Both the position numbers and the translations under genes were made by a program. A DNA stretch of 64,000 nt from a virus (lineage: Duplodnaviria; Caudoviricetes), in the IMG/VR virus record IMGVR_UViG_2645727545_000002, positions 1-64,000 of that record. One strand, written 5' to 3'. This document shows, piece by piece, positions 32,612 to 44,687 of this stretch (position 1 is its first letter; each line of letters begins with the position of its first letter). Under the pieces are notes generated by a model, which was not told the DNA's origin, made no database searches, and saw only the letters and a program-made list of their open reading frames with translations.

Positions 32612-33364
32612 TCATTTATTACCTCTTTTTCTTTTCATTTCTTCAATTGTTTGTCTTGCATTTCGTTCTCTCTCGCTTGCTTCAAGTCTCATGTCTTGAG
32701 CTTGTACACTGGAGTCAAAAGCAATTCTACTTCCTTCTGCTCTTCGCCTCGTTTTCTTGGCTCCTTCTCTGACTCTCTCTAGCATTCTTTCACTCTCATT
32801 ATTCATATTCATACTGTCCATACTTTGATGGAGTTCAATAATCTGACTATCTGCTTCCATCTGGAATAAAACCTGTTCTTTTTCCTCTTTTAATTTCTGA
32901 AGATCTGAACTTGCCTGATTCCTAATTTCTTCCTGATGCATTTTAGCTTGTTTCATTTCTTCTATCGTATCTTTTAATACCTTGATTTTGTTCTCTACTG
33001 TTTCTTTTTTCATAGCATATTGCATTGCAGAATTTTCATCATTATTATCTAAACATGCGTTAATTTCTTTTGTGATACGCATAATTTCTTTATTCGCATT
33101 GTATAAATCCTTTTCTGCGCTGTCTAATCTTCCAGAAATCTCCGCATATGTTGTAGATGCTTTATTATAAAACTCTTCTTTATCACGAATAGCTGCATTG
33201 TAATAATCTTTTGCCCCTTCTGGAGTAGACGCATCTTGTCTCATTACTTCGTCTGTTCTTCCTTTTAATTTCACTCTTAATTGTTTTCCAAACGAAGAAT
33301 TTAAGAAAATAACGACTAAAATAACAACGATTGCAACCAATACAATAAACATAAAATTTGTCAT
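32612..33364 (-). CDS. PspA/IM30-like coiled-coil protein with N-terminal TM
   Basis: TM helix followed by a long heptad-rich region; next to terD genes. Confidence 0.7.
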   Translation of the reverse strand: MTNFMFIVLVAIVVILVVIFLNSSFGKQLRVKLKGRTDEVMRQDASTPEGAKDYYNAAIRDKEEFYNKASTTYAEISGRLDSAEKDLYNANKEIMRITKEINACLDNNDENSAMQYAMKKETVENKIKVLKDTIEEMKQAKMHQEEIRNQASSDLQKLKEEKEQVLFQMEADSQIIELHQSMDSMNMNNESERMLERVREGAKKTRRRAEGSRIAFDSSVQAQDMRLEASERERNARQTIEEMKRKRGNK

Positions 33365-33376
33365 ATACTTATTCTC

Positions 33377-33957
33377 CTATTCAACATCAATTCCGTATGT
33401 GCGACATAACGCTTCAAGCCCACCGTTATAACCACTTCCAACTGCTTTAAACTTCCATTCATTGTTGCGTCTATAAATTTCTCCAACAACAATCGCTGTC
33501 TCAGTAGAAAATCCTCGCTCAAATCATATCTTAATAGCTGTTCTCCTGTTTCTTCGTCTAATACTCTGATGTACGCATTTTCTACCATTCCAAAATTTTG
33601 TAACCTGTTGTTTGCATCATAAATTGTTACCGCAACGGATATTTTTTCACTATTATTCGGCAAATTCTGAAGATTTACTTTAATTACCTCATCATCACCT
33701 TCTCCATCGCCAGTTCTGTTGTCACCTGTATGGATGACACTTTTGGTTGCGTTTGAAAGGTTTCCATAAAACACAAAGTCCTTGTCATTACCAACTTTTC
33801 CGTTTGCGCCTGTAATAAATATAGACGCATCTAAATCGAAATCAGATTCTCCATCATAATGATTTGTATCCCATCCAAGTCCAATAAGAAGTTTATGTAA
33901 TGATGGTCGATCTTTTGTTAGATCTACTCTTTGTCCCTTCTCAAGATTAACAGACAT
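33377..33957 (-). CDS. TerD-family protein 3 (3' frameshift)
   Basis: [37 protein letters not shown] in the shifted frame. Confidence 0.9.
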
Positions 33958-33974
33958 TTCTCGCACCTCATTTC

Positions 33975-34546
33975 TTATCTGTAATTTTCTGTTAATTCGC
34001 TAATACTTTTATCTGTAGTTCCTGTTCCAATAGCATTGAATTTCCACTCATTATTCTTCTTATACAATTCTCCAAAAATCATTGCAGTTTTACCAGCGTA
34101 ATTATCGGACAAATTGTATCTACAAATTTCATTTTTGCTAGACTGATCTACAATTCTAATAAATGCATTTTTAATCATCCCAAAATCTTGTTTTCTTGCA
34201 TTACATGCATAGATGTTAACTACAAATACAATTTTACCAACATTTTCTGGAATATTTTTAAGTCAACTGTAATCTGTTCATCATCTCCGTCACCATTTCC
34301 TGTCAAGTTGTCTCCATGATGTAAAATGCAACCATCACTTGACCGGCGTGATCCGTAATAAACAACATCCATATATTTATCTTCGTTGCTTAAAACAATT
34401 GCTGAAGCATCACAATCAATATCATGTGTTCTACCAAACAATCCTTTTTTCGCCGCATCCCAACCAAGACCCACAACTACTTTCTCAAGACCATTTACTT
34501 CTTTTGATAAACTGATTTTCTGACCTTTTACTAAATTTACCGACAT
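33975..34546 (-). CDS. TerD/TerZ-family protein 2 (two ORFs joined)
   Basis: [31 protein letters not shown]. Confidence 0.88.
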
Positions 34547-34577
34547 ATTCTTATTCTCCTTTTTAATTCTTTTTCTT

Positions 34578-35162
34578 TTATACATTCAATCCAAAGTTCT
34601 TTGCAATAGCTACAAATCCATCATTATATCCGCATCCAATTGCGTTAAATTTCCACTCTCCATTTTTACGATATAGCTCCCCAGCAACGATACCTGTTTC
34701 AAGAGAGAAATCTTCATCTAATTCATACTTAAATAGTTCTTCATTTGTATCAGCATCATATGCTCTAATATATGAATTGGACACCATCCCAAAATTCTGA
34801 AGCCTATCTTCGGCGTTATAAATTGCTGCAGCAAAACTGATTTTTTCAATATTCGATGGAATCTTATTCAACTCTACTTTCATTGTTTCGTCATCGCCAG
34901 CTCCTTCGCCGGTTCTGTTGTCACCAGAATATACAACTGCTCCACTTAGATGACATGGCTGGTTATAGAAAATAAAGTCCTGTTCACCAGTTACTTTACC
35001 GTTTACATCTGTTAAAAATGCAGATACGTCAAGATCAAATGGTGCATTCCCATCATATTTGTTCGTATCCCATCCTAAACCAAATACAACCTTTTTCAAT
35101 CCGTCATTTCCTTTTGTTAAATCAACTTTCTGACCCTTTACTAAACTAATTGACATATTCAT
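34578..35162 (-). CDS. TerD-family protein 1
   Basis: [38 protein letters not shown]. Confidence 0.92.
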   Translation of the reverse strand: MNMSISLVKGQKVDLTKGNDGLKKVVFGLGWDTNKYDGNAPFDLDVSAFLTDVNGKVTGEQDFIFYNQPCHLSGAVVYSGDNRTGEGAGDDETMKVELNKIPSNIEKISFAAAIYNAEDRLQNFGMVSNSYIRAYDADTNEELFKYELDEDFSLETGIVAGELYRKNGEWKFNAIGCGYNDGFVAIAKNFGLNV

Positions 35163-35172
35163 GTTCTCCTTT

Positions 35173-37773
35173 TTAATTATTTGTTTTTGTAACTGCTTTT
35201 CTTACTAAATCAACTGGTATTACCATAAACGCAAGAACTACAATAATTAACCAATGATTGAAATCTAACGGTGTTACCTTAATCAATTCACCTGCAAAAT
35301 TGCAAAGTACTACTGTAATCATAAAAATGCTAATTGCGATATATCCAAATAATTTATTTTTTCTAATTCCTTTTAATAGATTGAAACTATCTGTTCTAAT
35401 ATTAAATCCGTTAAACACTGCCATAAAACATAACAATGCGAATCTCGCAGTCATTGCCTCTACATCTGTTGAAAACATTTTAGAAATAGGACTAAGAATG
35501 ATTACTCCATATAATGCAATAAAAGATATTGTACTAACTGCAATTCGTGTTTTGGCTCCCCTTATAAATAATCCGGAACCTTTTTTAATTGGCTCTTCAT
35601 ACATGTATTCTTCTTTTGGTGGCTCTCCTCCAAAAGAAAGTGAATTCAACGAATCCATAATAATATTTACAATAAGAATCTGTACCGATGCTAGTAATGA
35701 TCCAACTGCTACAATCGGATACAACACACTCAAAATAAGTAAAGAAATGTTGATCGGTAACTGGAACTCTAAAAACATCATAATGTTGTGCATAAATGTT
35801 CTTCCTAGTTCTACCGCTTTTACAACTGAAGCAAAATTATCGTCTGTAAGCACAATGTCTGACGCTTCTTTTGCAACATCGCTTCCTGTTTGCATTCCAA
35901 ATCCAACATCAGAACGTTTTAATGCTGGCGAGTCATTTACCCCGTCTCCTGTCATCGCAACAGATCTACCAATCTCTTGAGCTAAAGTAACAAGTCTCAA
36001 TTTTGTATTCGGAGAGCATCTTGAAATTACTCTCAATGATGGGATAATTTCTTTGACATCTTCATCACTCATATTTTCGAATTCATCATTTGTGAGAGCT
36101 ACATCACCATCTTTGTAAATTCCGCATTCTTTTGCTACCGCAATTGCAGTTTCAATACAATCTCCTGTAATCTCAATAACTTGAATACCAGCTTTATGTG
36201 CAATATTCACTGCGTCTGGAACCTCGTCCCTAACAGGATCAACGACTCCAATAATACCAAGTAATGACATATCTTCCGGTAGTTTATTCTCTTCTAACTT
36301 TTCATTTTTAGAAGACAACGCAATACATCTCATAGATTTCGTTGTCATTTCTCTAAGTTTATTCTGAATCGCTTCTTTGTCCTTAGATGTAAAAGATTTT
36401 CTATTTCCTTCCTCATCAATCATAAATGAACACTTTTCAATAATTCTCTCAGGTGCTCCTTTATAATATGTAAGGTTGTCCTTTGTAGTAAACGCTGAAT
36501 ATTTATTACTACTGCTAAACACTTGCTTGTCCAACATTTGAATATTCTTATTAATATTTTTGTATTCATCTGAATTAACTAAGGACATCATGGCTCTATC
36601 GATTGAATTTCCACCAGTGATCATCCCATCTTTGTCAAATGTAGAACTGTTGTTCAAAACAATGTTGTTTTTCATTTCATTCCACAATTTTGAATTCATA
36701 TCAATTTCTTTTGTATTTGAGCCAATAATTGTCTTTGGAGTCATAACACCTGTTGTCAATGTTCCCGTCTTATCTGTACAAATAATGTCAACATATGCTA
36801 ATTCAGGAATTTTACCTGGATTCTTGGCAAGGATATTGAACTTCTCCATTGTTTTTACGTTCTGTTTGGTAACAAGTTTTACAATTAATGGAAGTCCTTC
36901 CGGAACTGCAGCAACAACAATGGTTAATGCAACTGAAAAATTCTGTGCAAATTTCTGAATTAAATTGAAAATGTCATCCGAAAAATATTTTGAAACACCA
37001 ACTTCCATAATTCCAGAAACGGTAAGAACAATAAACGTAATTGATGCTGCAATCGTTCCCCACTTAGAAATAAAGCCACTTAAATTATCTAACGCAATAT
37101 CAAGAGCTGTTTTAGGAGCCTCTAGTGTTTGCATTTTTACCAATGTATCTCCATTGACTGTATTTACACCAACATCTGTGACAATCATTTTTCCTTCGCC
37201 GGACATCACGGTTGTTCCTGCAAACAAACAATTCTGATTTGTATACGCATCTGTCGATGTTGTTTTCTTATGAATATATCCATCAATCGGCGTTTTCTTA
37301 CACTCTTTTGTTTCTCCATTAATTGCAGCATTGTTAACTGAAATTTTACCTTCCATAAGATATCCATCTGCAAAAATCTCTTGTCCCATTCCTACACAAA
37401 CAACATCTCCCACAACCAATTCATCTTTATTGATTGTTTGCAATTGACCATTTCGTATTACATCACAATGCCTAATAGATGTTTTTGCTCTTAATTCTGC
37501 TGCTGATTTTTGTACACCCAACCCTGTCTTAACCGCGATACAAGTTACAATTGCAAGAACAAAGATAATCATAAGCGGTTCAGATAATTCCATTACACCT
37601 AAAAACCCCAACACCATTTGCAACATGGCAATTGCAATTAAAATCATAGTGATTTTTTCACATAGAGCATCTTTTGCAAAATGATACCATTTTTTTAATT
37701 TCGGTTCTGGTAATTTATTAGAACCGTACTTTTCTCTGTTTTCAACAACCTGTTCATTTGTTAATCCATTCAT
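35173..37773 (-). CDS. P-type II (Ca2+, PMCA-like) ATPase
   Basis: [39 protein letters not shown]; ~10 TM; actuator motif reads NGE instead of TGE. Confidence 0.93.
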   Translation of the reverse strand: MNGLTNEQVVENREKYGSNKLPEPKLKKWYHFAKDALCEKITMILIAIAMLQMVLGFLGVMELSEPLMIIFVLAIVTCIAVKTGLGVQKSAAELRAKTSIRHCDVIRNGQLQTINKDELVVGDVVCVGMGQEIFADGYLMEGKISVNNAAINGETKECKKTPIDGYIHKKTTSTDAYTNQNCLFAGTTVMSGEGKMIVTDVGVNTVNGDTLVKMQTLEAPKTALDIALDNLSGFISKWGTIAASITFIVLTVSGIMEVGVSKYFSDDIFNLIQKFAQNFSVALTIVVAAVPEGLPLIVKLVTKQNVKTMEKFNILAKNPGKIPELAYVDIICTDKTGTLTTGVMTPKTIIGSNTKEIDMNSKLWNEMKNNIVLNNSSTFDKDGMITGGNSIDRAMMSLVNSDEYKNINKNIQMLDKQVFSSSNKYSAFTTKDNLTYYKGAPERIIEKCSFMIDEEGNRKSFTSKDKEAIQNKLREMTTKSMRCIALSSKNEKLEENKLPEDMSLLGIIGVVDPVRDEVPDAVNIAHKAGIQVIEITGDCIETAIAVAKECGIYKDGDVALTNDEFENMSDEDVKEIIPSLRVISRCSPNTKLRLVTLAQEIGRSVAMTGDGVNDSPALKRSDVGFGMQTGSDVAKEASDIVLTDDNFASVVKAVELGRTFMHNIMMFLEFQLPINISLLILSVLYPIVAVGSLLASVQILIVNIIMDSLNSLSFGGEPPKEEYMYEEPIKKGSGLFIRGAKTRIAVSTISFIALYGVIILSPISKMFSTDVEAMTARFALLCFMAVFNGFNIRTDSFNLLKGIRKNKLFGYIAISIFMITVVLCNFAGELIKVTPLDFNHWLIIVVLAFMVIPVDLVRKAVTKTNN

Positions 37774-37774
37774 A

Positions 37775-38325
37775 TTACTCTCCTTTTGCTCCTTTTTCTT
37801 TATGTAAATCACCAATCTCTTTCATGGCGCGTACATACGCTTCTTTCTGAATATTAATTGCTCTTTCACGTTTTTTCTTATCTCTTTTCACTTTTCGCTT
37901 ATGAGCATGTCTCTTTTTCATTGCTTCTTCATGTTTCTCATTCTCTGCTTCAACAAGCTTTCTATCATGTTCTTTTATTGCCTTATCGACCATCTTTACA
38001 TATTTCTTTTGATAAGAAAGTTCTGTTGCCATATGCTCAATTCCTTCTAAAGTATATTTGTCTTTATACATGTTTTTGATAAAGCAACGAATAAACCTCG
38101 CCGCAAATCAAAAGTGTCCTTATCATCGCAAACAACTTTCTCCTGTGTGTTATCACTAAAATCAACTCTAATTACTTTATTTGGAAATAAAATTTCAAAA
38201 CTAGAAATTTCAATGTTATTATTATCTTCGTATACAGATGATTTAGAAATTTCTAATCCAATTCCACTGCACATCTCCTTACATAGATCATAAGCCGTCT
38301 TTACTTTATAAAAATCTTCCTTCAT
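37775..38325 (-). CDS. Hypothetical phage protein (two ORFs probably joined)
   Basis: Track ORFs 38047-38325 and 37775-38071 overlap at an A run. Confidence 0.55.
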
Positions 38326-38411
38326 TCTTCTATCCTTTCTATTCTATCTGTTTTATAATCTCTATAACAATATGAGTCAAAAAATAATAAAGCCTTCACA
38401 GACTTAAATAT

Positions 38412-38835
38412 TTATTCTATTACATATCCCACTAATTTGCCGCGACACCATGTTTCAATATTGTCTACATCGGTTAGACTCAGTGGTTCATCAATCAGAG
38501 CTACTTCGTATCTATGACCTTTTAAATGTTTACTTCCTACTACGATTGCTTTTTGGTTTCCGCTTTTTAAAATATTGAGGTACATATTTCGGCACATACT
38601 CTTCTATAAACCTCTTACACATATTATTTTTGACAAATACAGGAATATCATATTTCGCTGATAGTCTAGCCACTGAAACAGACTTACCAATTCCACGATC
38701 ATATTTCGTTGTATAATTCACCAAACTACCTTTTTTGTTTTTTAGCACCTGATTCAAGTGGTGTTTCAATTTCAAATATGTAGATTCATATTTTAACCGA
38801 TATGATAAATAGCTGCATAACTTATATAATTTCAT
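38412..38835 (-). CDS. Hypothetical protein with P-loop-like RGIGKS (frameshifted)
   Basis: RGIGKS in the first ORF, LIDE in the second. Confidence 0.45.
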
Positions 38836-39223
38836 CTTCGTTTAATTCCTCTTCTTTATTCAACTTTTTCTTCACACCAATGTTTGCTATTTTATAAAGA
38901 ATGTCATATATCCATCCAAAAATATTATCCTTTTTACTACTCAATTTGTTAGAGATATAAATTACAAAAACTATTATTGGAGCTAGATAGCCAGTTGCAA
39001 AACATACAAGTGTCCAATCTGTGTAATCAAAGAATTTTTTTAAATACTTTTTATTATATTCCGTTTTTCTTAAATAACTAAAAATTAAAAATAGCAAAGT
39101 AAGAAATCCAACCAAAAGCCATAATAAAAAGAATCTAATAACCTCTTCGAAATCATTTTTCGAGATATTACTTAATATAATCAACTCATCTTTCCCCTTT
39201 CTCTTACTGTAATATAAAACCAA
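38822..39223 (-). CDS. Hypothetical membrane protein
   Basis: Two hydrophobic helices. Confidence 0.5.
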   Translation of the reverse strand: MVLYYSKRKGKDELIILSNISKNDFEEVIRFFLLWLLVGFLTLLFLIFSYLRKTEYNKKYLKKFFDYTDWTLVCFATGYLAPIIVFVIYISNKLSSKKDNIFGWIYDILYKIANIGVKKKLNKEEELNEDEII

Positions 39224-39227
39224 GAAT

Positions 39228-39470
39228 TTATCTTACAATAATAAATGATTCTCCATTTTGGTTCATAGCACTGATACTATGTTTTCCTTTTAATAACCGC
39301 ATGATACTAGCAACTTCTTTTTCACATTCATGGCACAAATCTTTTTGCTTAGAATTAGGTGTTACATTTTGAAAAGATCCAACGGATAATTCCGGTAATA
39401 CATAATTAGGTGTATGTTCACACTCTTTACCACATAGATCACAATAATATTTTTCTTCAACTTTTTTCAT
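39228..39470 (-). CDS. Small Zn-finger protein
   Basis: CDLCG...LCHEC. Confidence 0.6.
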   Translation of the reverse strand: MKKVEEKYYCDLCGKECEHTPNYVLPELSVGSFQNVTPNSKQKDLCHECEKEVASIMRLLKGKHSISAMNQNGESFIIVR

Positions 39471-39473
39471 GAT

Positions 39474-39674
39474 TTAATTCTCCATTTCTTCAAGTATTCC
39501 TCTTATCTCTTTATTTTGTTCTTGTCTTAATTTTGATTTGAACATTCTTCGGTTTTTCTTTTTCATTTTAGACCATCCATTATGATTATTCGCCCAACAT
39601 GCATACTGTTTGCTAAACCACGACTGACCATATTCTGAAAACTGTCTTCGAGAGACTTCATTCGACTTCTTCAT
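39474..39674 (-). CDS. Small basic protein
   Basis: 66 aa, RBS GAGGTG. Confidence 0.55.
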   Translation of the reverse strand: MKKSNEVSRRQFSEYGQSWFSKQYACWANNHNGWSKMKKKNRRMFKSKLRQEQNKEIRGILEEMEN

Positions 39675-39683
39675 TTATTCACC

Positions 39684-40436
39684 TCAGATCTCAATATAAT
39701 TCCATCTTTTATTACCTTCATATTTCCATTGAATTTGTCCTTGGTAAATTCTTGTCTCGATATTCTCTACATTTTCCATACCTAGGATAAATTCTCTATA
39801 AGCATCAATATCTCTTTCTGATAAATCATGAATCGCTTTAAAAATATCTAAATTCTTACAAATATGCTCTACTGACCATTCATAATCCGTTAGAGATAAT
39901 TGTCTTTCAAACTCTTTCACATTATCATCTACTTCAGATTTTGCTTCTTCATATGTAAAATAGACTTTATCAGGACGAATTGAAACATGATCAATATGAT
40001 GCTGCCACATAGGATATTTCTTTACAATTCTATATCCTTCCTTAGTTATTTCTGCTTCAATAACTCCATGGAAAATTGTACAGTCCTTTACCAAATATCC
40101 AAAATCATATCCTTTCTTAATCATTTCTGGTTTCTTGAAATCGATAAGAAATGAAATTTCTTCGTCTGTTAAACCAGAATGTGTAATTTCAAATAACCTA
40201 GTATCATATGTCCAACCTTTTGGAAGTTTCTTGTATTTTGTTTCGCTCTCAAACTCATCAATTGGGATTCCATTTACTAATCTTCTTTCCCTTGCAGTTA
40301 AATAATCAATCACAACCGCATCAGAAAACTGCTCATCTACCATTCCATATTTTACTGTATATCTTCCATTCCCCTCACTGTGACACCAATAAACAATGTC
40401 TCCATTTTTAAATCTTTTCTCAAATCCCTGTTTCAT
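39684..40436 (-). CDS. Hypothetical phage protein
   Basis: 250-aa ORF with RBS. Confidence 0.7.
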   Translation of the reverse strand: MKQGFEKRFKNGDIVYWCHSEGNGRYTVKYGMVDEQFSDAVVIDYLTARERRLVNGIPIDEFESETKYKKLPKGWTYDTRLFEITHSGLTDEEISFLIDFKKPEMIKKGYDFGYLVKDCTIFHGVIEAEITKEGYRIVKKYPMWQHHIDHVSIRPDKVYFTYEEAKSEVDDNVKEFERQLSLTDYEWSVEHICKNLDIFKAIHDLSERDIDAYREFILGMENVENIETRIYQGQIQWKYEGNKRWNYIEI

Positions 40437-40768
40437 ATTTCACCTACTTTCTAAGAAACCTATACGGATCTCCAATTCCACATAACTTTACAATCTCAAT
40501 AGCAATATTAACTGGAATATAAACAGTTTCATCCATTGAATTATCTCCGCAAATATATTTTCCATTTAATGCTGCGTATAATCGTAATTGCTCAATAACC
40601 ATATCCATGTCAAAAGCTACCGGCTGCTCTTGATTCCGCTTTCATTTCATCAAGTTCTTCTTCTGATAGCTCGTAAAACACCTTAGAACTAACAATATTT
40701 TTCTCTATCTTTTTCAAAACAAAAATTACCTCAACATACTATTTGAAAATTGTATTTTATCAGTCATA

Positions 40769-41322
40769 TTATTCTTCTTTCAGTTTACTAATCTGTTCTT
40801 CCAATTCTTTAATCTGCATCTGTTTTCTTCTGGTGGCATAATTTTTTAAAAACTTATCATATGTGTTTTTATAATGAGCATATGCCTCATCTCCATTATC
40901 CACTGAATAATACAATGCGTGATTCAACACGTCTTCGTATTTAGGTTTTACATTATGTAGCTCTTTATAAAACTCTTCAAAATATTCAACATCATAATAA
41001 TCACCAAAAATATAACCTCCAGTTCGGAAAGATATTTTTAATAATTCTTCCTCGTCAATATCACCATAATTTGTAATATTTTTAAATCTGAAAATTCCTA
41101 TTCCATATTCAATTTCTGTAAAACCTTTATACGCCATAACATTTTTATCAATGTTCCATTTTTGTATTTATATGCAATACTCAATAGCTTCTTCGTTAGA
41201 GCATATAATTCTGACAAGTCACTGTTATACATCCCTTTATCAAATCCATTTTCTTCTAGAATCTGCCGTACTTCTATCAGTGCGTCTAATACTTTTAAAT
41301 ACTCTTCTTTGTAACTTTTCAT
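40769..41322 (-). CDS. Hypothetical phage protein (two ORFs probably joined)
   Basis: MKSYKEEY start after GAGGTG; overlapping track ORFs. Confidence 0.5.
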
Positions 41323-41525
41323 TTTATTTTTCACCTCATAAAACAGACAATTCATTCTTTATACTTTTATCAAAATTGCCATCCAATAAGGAAAGCAATT
41401 GTCACCTGAGATACCATAATAGCCACATGAGCATGATTTTAACTCATATCCATATTCTAAAAATGATCTCACTTTTCGTTCATAATCTTCTTGACAGTCC
41501 GTATTTATTGTTATAACATCCATAT

Positions 41526-42252
41526 TTATATTCCTATTCTTTCTTTCGCTATTTCAAAATACTTCTCATCTTTTTCAATGCCTATAAATCTTCTATTTAA
41601 ATTCTTACAAGCTAATCCAGTTGTACCGGAACCAATACAACTATCCAAAACCAAATCTCCTTCATTAGTATAAGTTTTAATCAATTCTTCTATCAATGCC
41701 AATGGTTTTTGCGTTGGATGTAAAGCTGATTTTTGAACATCCTTTGCAAATTTCCATACAGATCTCGGATATCTTTCTGTGCTATCGTATGTAGTTAGTC
41801 CATGTTCTCCATAATCTGTTGTATTCTTACATCCAACCTTATGTTCTGCTTTACTCACTTTTCTAACATGTCCAGTTGTTTTTGAGGATTGTATACAGGA
41901 GGTTTTTATAAAAAATACAAATATCTTCATGACTTCTTAAAGGCATTTTCTTAGCATTTAGAAACCCTGTTGGTTGTGTCTTCTCCCAAATCAAATTGTA
42001 TCTCCACATTTGTTTGTTACTCATCATCAGTTCTGCAGTAAACATGCCATTTGCAAATAAGATAATTGCAGCATTGTCTTTTGCAATTCTTTTATACTGT
42101 TCCCACAATGGTTCAAATGGGATAATTACATCCCATTTGTTTCTGGAAGTTTGTTGGTATGGAAGATCTGTAACAATGCAATCTACTGATTTATCAGAAA
42201 TGTTATTCATTAGTTCAAGGCAATCTCCACATTGTAAACTAATGCTACTCAT
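41526..42252 (-). CDS. N6A/N4C DNA methyltransferase, beta class (two ORFs joined)
   Basis: GDCLE, DLPY, IWEK, HPTQKP, VLDSCIGSGTT. Confidence 0.92.
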
Positions 42253-43002
42253 GGGAAACACTGCCATTCCATTTGAATAATTTTTCTGTGGCTTTAACTC
42301 TTTTGTTATTGTCTATCGTTCTATTAACTTCCTGTTCCCAAATACATTCAAAATCTTGCGGTGCGTTTTGTTCGCTGATAAGAACAATATTTTTCTTGCT
42401 TAATTTTCTACACCATTTCCAAAATTCATCATGATTAAAATTCTTACTTATACCATATTGTTTTACATTTTGATATGGTGGATCACAGTAAAACAAAGTA
42501 TTTTCATATTCTACTCCATTAACATACCAAAAATTATAATCATAATTAATAAATGAAATGTTTTTAATATCATCTCTCTGTGCTAATAAATTTCTCTTTG
42601 CTTCATCATAATAATTTCTTGTTATACCTGATTTTGTATCTACTAATCCTGCATATCCACCATCAAAAAACCTTCCATTATAACTCGCCAAAAACCCTAT
42701 AGCTCCAATATACCAATCTTCAAACTTCTATCTCTTTTATTGAAACTGTTTCTTACTTCTGAATAGTGTTCTTTTGTAACAAACTCTGGAAGTGAATCAA
42801 TCTTATCAAGATTATCAAATAGAGCAATAAGGTATTTGTGTTTGTCAGCAGCAATTTTATGATTACACTTAATTTTATCTATAACATTTAATCCACCGCA
42901 AAACGGCTCTATGTAATACTCAATATTGTTTTCATCTATATATTTCTGAATAATCGGAACAATGTATTTAGCTATTCGAGATTTACTTCCCATATATTTC
43001 AA
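42245..43002 (-). CDS. Dam-like (D12) adenine methyltransferase (two ORFs joined)
   Basis: YMGSKSR, EPFCGG, YCDPPY. Confidence 0.9.
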
Positions 43003-43074
43003 TTTTTTTCACCAGAAAGGTGACATGTCCTTAGTAGCTACCCTAACTTTTATCCTTTCTGATTTAATTTCTAT

Positions 43075-43500
43075 TTAATAATTTTCTTGGTCGATATATT
43101 TGAACATTTCTGTTGCACCATCAAAAACAATTTTTACCAAATAATTTATGCCGTTCACATATAAGTATTTATAAGAAAGAGCATCGTTATTTTCTATTCT
43201 ACATTTAATTCCAAAAGATTTTACCCATAGTTCCCATTTCCTTAAATCTGTCATATTTTTAATATCCGTCAATGTTTCAAAATTTCTACAAAGTTTCATA
43301 ACATTCCATCCGTCGCTAAACTCTCTTAATGTATATTTTTCAGACAAATCATGATACTCAAGCCATTCTGAAACTGATTCTCTAAGACCATCTTCATTAA
43401 TTTCATATGCTCCTCCTTTATCAGAACCATGTACAATAGCTTCTCGTATAATACTGTTAATCAATTTAATCTCTTTTTCTTCATTAAATTCGACGCTCAT
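43075..43500 (-). CDS. Hypothetical phage protein
   Basis: 141-aa ORF. Confidence 0.6.
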   Translation of the reverse strand: MSVEFNEEKEIKLINSIIREAIVHGSDKGGAYEINEDGLRESVSEWLEYHDLSEKYTLREFSDGWNVMKLCRNFETLTDIKNMTDLRKWELWVKSFGIKCRIENNDALSYKYLYVNGINYLVKIVFDGATEMFKYIDQENY

Positions 43501-43503
43501 TTC

Positions 43504-43794
43504 TTATTCTCCTTCATACTTGTCCGGTAATTCCATCCAAGCAATCACTTTACTAATTACTTTCATTTTTCTGCCGCCTGTTCCATATGCAAACCAATAA
43601 ACTTCATTTTTCCATTCCTTGTTCGCGTACATTTCTTTTCTACAATATGCTACAAACCGCTCACCTCGTTTGGTTTGAATTAGAACTTCTTTACTTTTAT
43701 ATATAGAACTGAAATTGGTTGTTGAAATTTCTTCCAATTTAGGTAACCCAACTTTTTTAATTGAAATCCAGTTTTCATTTGATAATTCACTCAT
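43504..43794 (-). CDS. DUF551-like phage protein
   Basis: WIS..LP ... VIAWMELP. Confidence 0.65.
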   Translation of the reverse strand: MSELSNENWISIKKVGLPKLEEISTTNFSSIYKSKEVLIQTKRGERFVAYCRKEMYANKEWKNEVYWFAYGTGGRKMKVISKVIAWMELPDKYEGE

Positions 43795-43957
43795 TTATTT
43801 TCTCCATATCTTTTTTGTGCTTTTTCTTTCTTTTCGTTTCCATGCATATCTCATACCGGTAGCAATCTTCACACTCCCCTGGATAAGGAGAATATTCGTC
43901 ATATTTTTCTTCATTAAAATATCCACAATCAGGATATATTTTCATTTCCGCTCACCC

Positions 43958-44488
43958 CTACAACACTTCAGTAAGAATCCTGAAGTCTTTAAATGTATTG
44001 TCTTCTATGGTTACTTCAACCGGCTTGTTAATAAGTTCTGATACGTAATTCACTTTTGCGTCTTTCAAAATCTGATGCACATTTCTCACCGAGTCTGCAA
44101 TTATGCTTTTTTGATCTATATTTTCGTCATTTTCATAATCAATAAATACTGTATATTTTCCTCCATCTTCGACCATTTTACATCCGATAGAAAAACCAAG
44201 TTGTAACCCAATTTGTTTTGAATAATCCTTTAAAATTCCATATTCTGCAAAAATAATTTTTCCTAGTTGTTTAGTTGTCTTTATAAGACTTTCAAACATT
44301 TCATCAGTCCAAAACCAGCCATTATCTTCTTCTATAAAATAACTTTGATCTTTAGCATATATTTCTTTAATTGTTACAACTTGTCCGCATAAAGTACACA
44401 TTTCGTCAACGACCTGAGTCGTACCATATTTAGTATCTGTTCTTAGGTCTGTACGTATTTTAACTTTATCACCAACTTTATATTTCAT
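43958..44488 (-). CDS. Hypothetical phage protein with SH3-like N-terminus
   Basis: MKYKVGDKV...WTDEMF. Confidence 0.6.
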   Translation of the reverse strand: MKYKVGDKVKIRTDLRTDTKYGTTQVVDEMCTLCGQVVTIKEIYAKDQSYFIEEDNGWFWTDEMFESLIKTTKQLGKIIFAEYGILKDYSKQIGLQLGFSIGCKMVEDGGKYTVFIDYENDENIDQKSIIADSVRNVHQILKDAKVNYVSELINKPVEVTIEDNTFKDFRILTEVL

Positions 44489-44687
44489 TTACCGCACCTC
44501 TTTTCATTAATATTTTGTATCCTGGACAACTATTTTTCCCACAATCGTAGTTGTCTTTTTTTAATACCCAGCATTTGCATGTCTTTTTTAGTTTTGCTCC
44601 ACATGCAATACAAAAATTATCTTCTTCCTTTATTTTCGTATTTCCACATTTATGACATTTCATCTTGTTCTCCTTCTTATTCTTCAA
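44478..44687 (-). CDS. Zn-ribbon protein
   Basis: CHKCG...FCIACG. Confidence 0.55.
   Translation of the reverse strand: MKNKKENKMKCHKCGNTKIKEEDNFCIACGAKLKKTCKCWVLKKDNYDCGKNSCPGYKILMKRGAVNEI

Noticed and set aside
33377-35162. Complete tellurite-resistance operon
   Set aside because: Only TerD-family paralogues are present; no TerA/TerB/TerC was recognised, so resistance cannot be claimed.
35258-37237. Long plus-strand ORFs (240, 132 and 90 aa)
   Set aside because: Antisense shadows of the P-type ATPase; the same applies to most other plus-strand ORFs in the track.
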